64,000 nt of DNA, taken from contig OX597828.1 of assembly GCA_951406725.2 (NCBI GenBank), positions 34,100,001 to 34,164,000 of the forward strand, read 5' to 3'. Source of the stretch: Octopus vulgaris. Taxonomy: Eukaryota. The notes beneath the pieces are model-generated. The model was not told the DNA's origin and made no database searches. It saw only the letters and a program-made list of their open reading frames with translations. Shown one piece after another: positions 55,291 to 64,000 of the stretch. Positions within the stretch are counted from its first letter, which is position 1. Each line of letters starts with the position of its first letter. The position numbers and the translations under genes were made by a program.

Positions 55291-56968
55291 AGAGAAAGTT
55301 ACACTCATATGCACTCACACAAATATATTAATCTTTATTTAAGCATATTTCAGCTGTTTATGAGAAGATTCCCATTAACCCCTGAAAATCAGTTTACTAA
55401 AAGTGCTGAGACAAGAGAGCTCCTATGTAATCATTTGACCTCCTAGAAATAGCAGTCAAATTTCACTCAAATCACATCTCTACTGTTATGAAAGAGTAAA
55501 GATAGACTATGTTTGGCATAGAAAACGACTGGCTGATCATGGCAGGAAAGCTTTTCATCATTGGTGGGCTGCATTATGGCAGACCTATGGTTAAATAATG
55601 AGGAGGCCTCTACATGGTCGTTTAACTGCTAGAAAAAGCAGGTAAGAATGGAGAGAACACACTGAATAGTGTAATACTCTAAGGGAGTGGTCACTACTGG
55701 AATATCTTTGATTACAGGGGTATTGGATTATGGTTGATTTTTTATTAAACATTGCCCTGCTAGAAATAACAGATTAACCTCCTTCAAATCGCACCAAAAC
55801 CAGTCTTAAAAGCAGAAAGAACTGATTAACAATGTAGAAGCTTCTGGGGGAAAGTCATGGTGGGAAAGTCTTTGAACATAAGTTTGTTGGATCGCGGCTG
55901 ACCTAGAAAGGCTGATTGAGTCAGTAGAAGTTGGAAGTAAATCTTCCTCAAATCACATTGAAATGGTCCAAAAAATGGGAAGAACTCATTTGACAATGTA
56001 ATGGCTTCCTCGAAATTCAAAACAGAAGAATTGTTATGCTTGGAATGAAGATAGGTCTGCTTGACCAGAAATGTAAAGAGGCTGAGGAACAGCATTATTC
56101 ATTGACAGTTTGACAAGAGGCTGGTAAGTTTAGGGGCTGCACCAGGCTCCATTGACCATTCGGCATGGCTTCTATGGCTGGATGCCCTTCCTAATGCCAA
56201 CCACTTTACAGAGTATACTGGGTGCAATTTTATGTGACACCAGCACAATAAATATATATATATATATTTTTATTTGTTTCAATCATTATTTGACTGCAGC
56301 CATGCTGGAGCACCGCCTTTAGTCGAGCAAATCGACCCCAAGACTTATTTTTTGTAAGCCTAGTACTTATTCTATCGGTCTCTTGGGGTATAAACTGGTG
56401 ACTCCTGGTGTTGCTGACTTTTGGTCCACCTTGCACATATTACCAAAAAGCACTGGCATGGCTGTGTGGTTAAGAAGTTTGTTTCCAAACCACCTGATTT
56501 CCAGTTCAATCCCACTGCATGGGCAAGTGTCTTCTATTATAAGCTGTAGACCAACCAAAGCTTTGATTGTGAATGGATTTGGTACAAAGACAACATAGAA
56601 CACAAATGGTTGGTTAGTCTTGTTGAAGACATGTAAACCTCTCTAATGGCTAAAAATGGAGCACACAAATGAGATGGAGTGATCTTTGATTCAGTAAGTA
56701 TGATGTTGTCTCCAAACCATCAAACAGGGAGGTAACTTCGAAAAGGAACTGGCTCCAACTGTGATGACCTGTTTAACCCATATCAGCATGGGAAAGCGGA
56801 TGTAAAACACTAATGATGATGTGTTCAGAACCATTAGGGCTTTTAAGGCATTCATGCTGAGCGTCCATTCTATTTATGGTACCAAGTATATAAGATGGAA
56901 ATCTTACCACTGTATAAGATTGAAAAAAAGAAAATTGTCTTATATGTGTCTTAGTCATAGAGCTTGTG

Positions 56969-58263
56969 TTGGAGCATCCCATAAATAATGCAGTTTTTTT
57001 CAACTGCAAGGAAAGTCAGAGGGGGGTGGCGAGATAAACCACCTGCATCAACTTGCTATAAAAGCAGGTAGTAATTTTACCTTGACCTTATTCTTAGTGC
57101 AAGTTTTGAAGGATGCAGTTCGATTTTAACAGTTATTTTTTCTAAGCTATAACGGAAGTGACAAAGGAGCATATTCGGCATATTTTGTTTGATAAGTTCA
57201 ATAAAGGCAACAATGCAACGGAAAGTGCAGGGAATATTTATGCAGTGAATGGGGATCGGACAATAAGCGTAAGCCAGTGTCAACAGTGGTTCCAGAAATT
57301 CTAAGCTGGAAACTACAGCCTAGACGAGCATCATCCTGGAAGATCTGTAGAGCTCGATGAGGACGTCCTGCAAACCCTGGTGGAACAAAATCCCCATTGT
57401 AACTGTTGAAGAACTAGCAGAGAAACTTGGATTCAGTCATTCAACCATTCATCGACACCAGTATGCCATCAGAAAAGTTAGCAAATTGGGTCAATGGGTT
57501 CCTTGCAAACTTTCTGAATCTAATCGCATGCAGAGAGTGAATGTGTGCTCTTCTTTACTGTCACGTCTCACAAATGAACCTTTTTTTTTTTGGACTGAAT
57601 AGTAACTGGTGACCCGAAATGGGTTCTCTATAAAACTGTCAAACACTGAAGACAGTAAGTAGGGGAAGGAGAAACACCAGCACCCCAGGCTAAAGAAGGT
57701 CTTCCCCCATGTAAGGTGTTGTTATCTGTTTGGTGGGATATAAAAGATTTAGTCCACTTTGAACTTTTAAACCCAAACCAAACAATGACAAAGGAGATCT
57801 ACTGCAAGGAACTTGTATGTATTCAGTCAGCACTAGAAAAAAAACGACCATCTTTGGTTTCAAGATGTAAGGTGTTCTTCCATCAGGATAATGTTCAATC
57901 ACATACAGCGAGGATGACATTCTGTAGTCTGGAACAGTTTGAATGGGAAACGATGCTCCACCCACCATATTTGCTGGACATTGCCCCATCTGATTATCAT
58001 TTATTCCACAGTCTTCAAAATCATTTGGATGGAAAAAATATGAATTCTGCAGATGAAGTCAGAACAGTACTGGAGGAGTATTTTTTTTATCACAGACAAG
58101 TGAACTTTGGAAGAGGGGCCTTGCAAGTCCACTAGATAGATGGAAGAGTATTGTAGAAAATGAAGGAGAGAATATTTTAAATTAAAATAGAACTTTGTTT
58201 ATCTTAACTTTGAAAAATAAAAGAAGTATAAAAAATGGCATTATTTATGGGATTGGTACCAAT
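56969..58263 (+). mobile_element. Degenerate mariner (DD34D) transposon with disrupted transposase at about 57152-58180
   Basis: TIR core TCCCATAAATAATGC / GCATTATTTATGGGA; motifs WVP.KL, IVTGD.KW, HQDN..SH, HPPY..DIAPSDYHLF; stops and frameshifts. Confidence 0.9.
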
Positions 58264-59180
58264 GTGTCTTAGTCATCGAGCAACACTCATAAACTTCCTG
58301 TGCTGCTTTTTGAAATTGAGGAAAGAAGATTTGGCATGTCCTCAGACTAGATCTGATCTGAGATCTTGAAATTGTGGGATTTCTTTTTTTTTCTTATTTT
58401 AGGGAAGTTTGGCAGCTACTTCTAGCAAACTGAGTAGCAGCATAAAGACAATCATTAGCTCAACTGTAAATAGCAGGAGCATTCTAAAACTGGTTTGTTT
58501 GTTAGGCACAAAACTGAATACAAAACAAAGAGGAAGATGAAAAGGAAAGTGGGGGTGGAGAAGAGGAAAAGAAGGAAAAAGTGGAGGAAACACGAAACAG
58601 CAGAGGAAGAAGTGGAAGGAATGGGGAGAGAAGAGGAAAAAGTGGAAGATGAAGTAAAGGAAGAGGAAGAGAAGGAAAAGGATCTGTAGAACTGACTGAA
58701 CTGATACCAGTAGTCGCTTGGTCTGCTAGAAATGATAGTCACATCTACAAATCACAGCTTACCATCTTAAAAGAAAGAAAAGGAGAAATTAGACAAAGTG
58801 GTCGTCAGTAAACCAAATCTAGTAAAAGACAGGCTGGTCACAGCTAGAACATCTTGGTAAAGGCACCTAAGTGGAGTTAATTCTACCATTTTCAATACAA
58901 TTAAAGAAGAAAAGCTACTAGCTATTGCCTTTGTTTTGCAGAGCTACTGAGACTGAATGGGGAAGAGAGAATGATCTTGACATTCTGAGACTGAATCAAG
59001 TCCTTAACCTAACAACAGGTGCAATGGTAAGTCCTTCTAATGGACTTCCATACAATTTCTGTTTACTGATTTTCACTGGCAAGGTTTGAGGTTGCTATAA
59101 ATCTATGGAGATTCTAGTTCCTTCAACGTCTTTCAAACCGAACAAAATGTAGAAAATGAAATGATTAAAGAATAACAAAC

Positions 59181-59278
59181 CGGCTTTGGCATAAATTATT
59201 TAAGATCTCCACAGCAGCTCGGTTTTTCCAGGCAAGATCAATACGGGGAGGTGTCTTCCAGGGTACCAATAAAATCAA
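59181..59278 (-). CDS. DSTYK: DSTYK exon (LILLVPWKTPPRIDLAWKNRAAVEILNNLCQSR)
   Basis: Resembles 'W.SPPAI..EWK.KVA'; TTTCAG/GTTTGT; phase 0-2. Confidence 0.88.
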
Positions 59279-60196
59279 CTGAAATATAAATATATTCAAA
59301 GATAAGATTAGGGTTTCAAAATTTGGTAGAAGGCCAGTAATTTCAGGGAACAGAATTAGTTTGATTACATCGACCCCAAACAGAATGAAAGGGGCAAAGT
59401 CAACCTCAGTGGATTTTGAATGCAAAACTATGATTTGTTATCATAGGCACAGGTGTGGCTGTGTAGTAATCACATGGTTCTGGATTCTGTCCCACCTTGG
59501 GCCAGTGTCTTCTATAGCCTCGGGCCGACCAAAGCCTTGAGAGTGGATTTGGTAGAAGGAAACTGAAAGAAGCCCGTCGTACATCTATATATATATAGAT
59601 AGATATATATGTGTGTGTGTGTGTATGTACAAAAATTTTGTAATTATAAACATAGTTATGATTAGGGTTCAGCAAAATTGCTTTACAACATACTGAAATT
59701 TAGAAATAGCAGTTAAATACTATTCTACTACCCTAAGATATCTCCCAGACAGCTAAACCCTAAATATAAATTATGTTTATAATTATAAAATTTTTGTATA
59801 AGGTTACCGATAATGGTTCTTTTAACATACTGAACTACTTGGTAAGATTATTAATTATTAATTGATTAATTAATTTTACCCTGTATTATTATTGATAATA
59901 TATATATGTATATATGAATGTATTTGTGTGTGTGTGTGTTTGTCCCCCCATCATCACTTGACAACCGATGTTGGTATGTTTATGTCCCTGTAGCTTAACA
60001 GTTTAGTGAAAAGAGACCAACTGAATAAGTACTAAGCTTACAAGGAATAAGTCCTGGGGTCAATTTGTTCAACTAAAGGCAATAATACTCCAGCATGGCC
60101 AGAGTCAAATGACTGAAACGAATAAAAGAGTAACTGTAATTGTGACAAGCACAGCTGAGACATACTCATATGACTTACTGGACCAGGCAAGTTGCA

Positions 60197-60246
60197 TGTG
60201 ATGATGATGATGGTGATGGTGGTGGTGGTGATGATGGTAGTGGTGG

Positions 60247-60277
<31 letters not shown>

Positions 60278-60545
60278 AGTGATGATGATGGTGGTGGTGG
60301 TAGTGATGATGATGGTGGTGATGATGATGATGATGATATGGTGGTGGTAGAGATGATGATGATGGTGGTAGTGATGATGATGATGATGGTGGTGGTGATG
60401 ATGATGATGATGGTGGTGGTAGTGATGATGATGATGATGGTGGTGGTAGTGATGATGATGATGATGGTGGTGGTGGTGATGATGATGATGATGGTGGTGA
60501 TGACGATGATGGTGGTGATGATGATGATGATGATGATGATGATGG
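60197..60545. repeat. Compound (GAT/GGT)n trinucleotide repeat
   Basis: Direct reading. Confidence 0.95.
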
Positions 60546-60584
60546 CAATGATTTATGATGACAGTGAAAATAAATAAATTTTAC

Positions 60585-60668
60585 CTGCTTCATCTTCTCT
60601 AAAAACAACCGCATAAATGACGAACTGGATTCAAAGGTAATTTGGACATGGTAGGCAGCATTCATTAT
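60585..60668 (-). CDS. DSTYK: DSTYK exon (IMNAAYHVQITFESSSSFMRLFLEKMKQ)
   Basis: Resembles 'ILNAAYHVEVTF.SGSS..RM.WEQIKQ'; 84 nt, phase 0-0. Confidence 0.92.
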
Positions 60669-62115
60669 CTACGGAGAGAAGAACAAGAACAAAAAAAAAA
60701 AATAAGCATGAGTTTTCACTTGAGTCAACTAACGAATGGTAGGTGCTCCAGCATGGCAACAGCACAATAGCTGAAACCAATGAAAGGGAATGAAAACAAA
60801 GATAATGCTTTTAGAAAAATGAAATGAGAAATAAACAAAGCTTCTAACAATGTAGAAAGCTTTAGAAAAAAATCTTTATATTTCAAGCACAATGGCCCTT
60901 CAGCACAATACAAAGAAATGTGCATTTACATAGATCCTGCCACTTTGGATAGCCTGGTGTTTGGGTTAGCAGCAGCAGCAACTCCCCAACTGTTGGTGTA
61001 GTCAGTGTCACAGAAGTCACATTGAGGGCAATGGTGCAGGAAATCTAGAAGCTTCCCTTTTTCTCTCATTTCATTTTCCTACATCTTTACTACAATGTTT
61101 CTGGCAAACTACAACATCCTTCTTTAATACTTTTCGTTTTGGGAAGGCATAATAATATAAGGGTAGACGCTAAAGTGTGAAGGTGTGTTGCACTCATAAC
61201 CACAAGGTCATGGTTTCAATCCCAGGATCAGGTGATGCATTATTTTATTGAGCAAAATGTTTCATTTTACATTGCTTTAGTCCACTCAGCTGAAAAATAA
61301 GTTCCAGTAACAACAAGGAAGTTAACCCTGCAATGAACTAGCATCCCTTACCGGTGGGGAGTGTTGTGATCTGTCACATATGCACTATGGAAACAAAGTC
61401 AATTTGCAGCCTTGAGAGTCCCAGGGCTAGTGATAGAGCTAAGAATGTTAAAGTGGTTTTAATTAACGAGCTAATTAATTGATGTTGCTACAGTAGAACG
61501 TAGTATAATGAGGTATCAAGTTACCCCCAAAATGGAGGCCTGGTCTAAATAAGTGCATCAGAGTAGAAACCATTGAAAGTACCAAGGGGTTACAGGATAA
61601 TGCTAGACTGGGCAACAGATTAAGTCTACTAGCCATGTGTCCATGTGTGTGTATGTGTGTGCATGTGTAATTGTGTACATGTTTTATAGTTAACAACAGC
61701 AATAATTACAGACTGGGAGAGATACTACTCTGAGATTAGAGAAAGCTTTTGGTACAGCTGCATATGGTTGGCTCAACATATTTGAAACTGACTGTCCTAT
61801 CTTTGTGGCGATAGAGATTCTTGGTCATTTTTCCTATGCCATCTCTGTTGGTTGTCTGCCTGGCAAGAATTAGAGACACGTGTTATTCAGCTGCCTCAAC
61901 ATCATGCAAAGAATTATCACCAAAAGAGGTTCTTTTAGAGTACAAGAAGAACATTCTAGAAGATTAAATCATGTCATAATTTGACATGTTGATTGGTTGC
62001 TTCATTTCACATGATAGACTGATCATGTGAAACCAGTGTGGTTTGGTTGTGGTGTCTAACTGGTTAACTAGTGGTTTGGTTTCGAATCACTGCTACAAAA
62101 ATATGGAATAATTAC

Positions 62116-62198
62116 CTGTTTTAGAGCATCTGTAGTTCGGGCACCATCAGCAAATTCAGAATCTGTTTCCAAGGTTTCCAATGTCCTTGTCAATGTTC
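62116..62198 (-). CDS. DSTYK: DSTYK internal exon (GTLTRTLETLETDSEFADGARTTDALKQ); upstream exons lie outside the window
   Basis: Manual translation resembling DSTYK 'GTLERCLQSLE...YLKQ'; TGCAG/GTAATT. Confidence 0.85.
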
Positions 62199-62967
62199 CT
62201 GCACAATAGTAGTATCATCATCATCATCACCATATACACTTGTGTGTGAATATATATATGTGTGTGTGTGTGAGTCATCTAAAGAGACCATAAGTCAGGG
62301 ACAAGATGCACTTGTATATGTCAGTAGAATGGGTATATTAACTGAATTTTATAGTATTAAATATTCATCACAGCTGATCTTACCAATCACCATATTTCCT
62401 TCGAAATGGGCTATCTCTGATGAGCATAAAGTTATATGATTTGATTGTTAGCTAACACTCCATTGTATTCTTTACACAAAACTGATTGTTAAGCTCAGTC
62501 ATGATAGATATTTAATACTATAAAATTCAGGTAATATATATATATATATATATATACACACGAGGTCGAAAATATTTTAGTGATGAAACACATGTGATTG
62601 GATATATACAGAAAGAGAAAAGATGAAAAAACACAGAAGACTTGTTTTACAGGATTAAGGAGTATATTAGAGTCATAATAACAAAGATATACAATTTTGT
62701 ACAAAATAAGGTTTTGTTCTTTCAACATAAAGTAAGAACCGGTTTTGCATTGCTCATCAAGCTAAGGGTTGAAAAATAGACATAGTGCTAGGGGGAAGAC
62801 ATATTACTAGGGCTCCTAGTAATGAGTAATGCAAAACCGGTTCTTACTTTAATTATATTGAAAGAACAAAACCTTATTTTATACAAAATTGTATAATATC
62901 TTTATTATTATGACTCTATATATTCCTTAATCCTGTAAAACAAATCTGTTTCTTCATCTTTTCTCTT

Positions 62968-63005
<38 letters not shown>

Positions 63006-63054
63006 CGAGAAAAACACCCCCACCCCCGTCCAATGGATGGTGTTGAATCATATA

Positions 63055-63360
63055 TCTCTTATTATAAAAGGCAGATTTTATCTGCCTCCCTTTGGGAGTT
63101 ATACAAATCTACAATATAGGATTTCTTCAATTACAATTTACCTAGCATTTTTAAGAGTACAATGCATCGCGTCATGCCAGGTCCAGTTTTTAAAATTTAA
63201 ACTCCAATTAAGCAAAATTTACAGAAAAATCACATTCTGGTGTGTGTGTCAAATGCTTTTCTTAGTCTGGTTTACAGCACACGCAAACGCACACACACAG
63301 TGTGCAATGAATAAACTGAAACTAATTCACTGTGTGTTGACAGGTAGAAAATAGAATGCG
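63055..63360 (+). mobile_element. Possible Helitron 5' portion
   Basis: A|TCTCTTATTATAAAAG start resembles the 5' end of 42410-42812; 3' end not found. Confidence 0.35.
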
Positions 63361-63453
63361 ATGGCGATGGCTATGGCGATGGCGATGGCTATGGCGATGG
63401 CTATGGCGATGGCTATGGCGATGGCTATGGCGATGGCTATGGCGATGGCGATG
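63360..63453. repeat. (ATGGCG/ATGGCT)n hexamer repeat, about 15 units
   Basis: Direct reading. Confidence 0.95.
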
Positions 63454-64000
63454 CAATATTTGTTTCTCTCTATGACGCTCATAAAAGCATTGATGTACAT
63501 GTGTGCGTGCGTGAGTGTGTGTGTGTCATTCCTCACACACACGCATACACATACATATATGAGAGTGGCAAACAAAAACGTTTCAAACAACTACATACAA
63601 ACACGTGTGTGTTTGTTATTAGTAAAAAAAGGCGCCAAATCACAACTCACTTATCATTCCAACACATTTGCAAAGACACACGGCCGGTCGAATAACAATA
63701 CAGAAAAGGTAAATTGGTTTTTATTTTACTTTGTATATATTTTATTATATAATATTATATATAGATATATGTATATATAATTGCACCAAACCGCCCGAAA
63801 AAAATTTTGGTTAATGTGACCAAGCCGCCCGAATTTACCTATTCATATTTAAATGAGAATATCAGAGTAAATCTCTTTAGTACATTCGTGAAAACACGTA
63901 TTATACTTCGTAAACAGTTCAACTACAGTTTTGTACAAAAATCGAAGTGTAATTTTAATTCCGTGAATTATGGGAGATTTTTTTCCGAAATTTGTTCCTA

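Noticed and set aside
60105-60665. 186-aa ORF with poly-S/P/H
   Set aside because: Only 60585-60668 is a DSTYK exon; the rest is read-through into a trinucleotide repeat.

Overview
AT-rich, repeat-dense eukaryotic genomic DNA. The SINE, microsatellite and gene make-up suggests an octopus (coleoid cephalopod); this is inferred, not proven. Three spliced genes were reconstructed by hand with phase-consistent GT-AG junctions. ASZ1/GASZ lies on the minus strand (ATG 19975, 9 exons, runs off the left edge). NDUFA12 lies on the plus strand (complete, 4 exons, 136 aa, ATG 20261), head-to-head with ASZ1 across 285 bp. The 3' half of DSTYK lies on the minus strand (9 exons, stop 42142, runs off the right edge). 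Non-coding space holds tRNA-derived SINEs, RTE and CR1 LINE 3' ends, piggyBac/hAT/pogo-type MITEs, a Helitron and a dead mariner. The most notable signal is a Penelope-like (GIY-YIG) retroelement family whose terminal repeat combines a tRNA-like A/B-box head with a minimal type I hammerhead ribozyme and lies in inverted pairs. Other hammerhead-like cores and many long fold-back hairpins also occur. Most ORF-track entries are spurious repeat translations.
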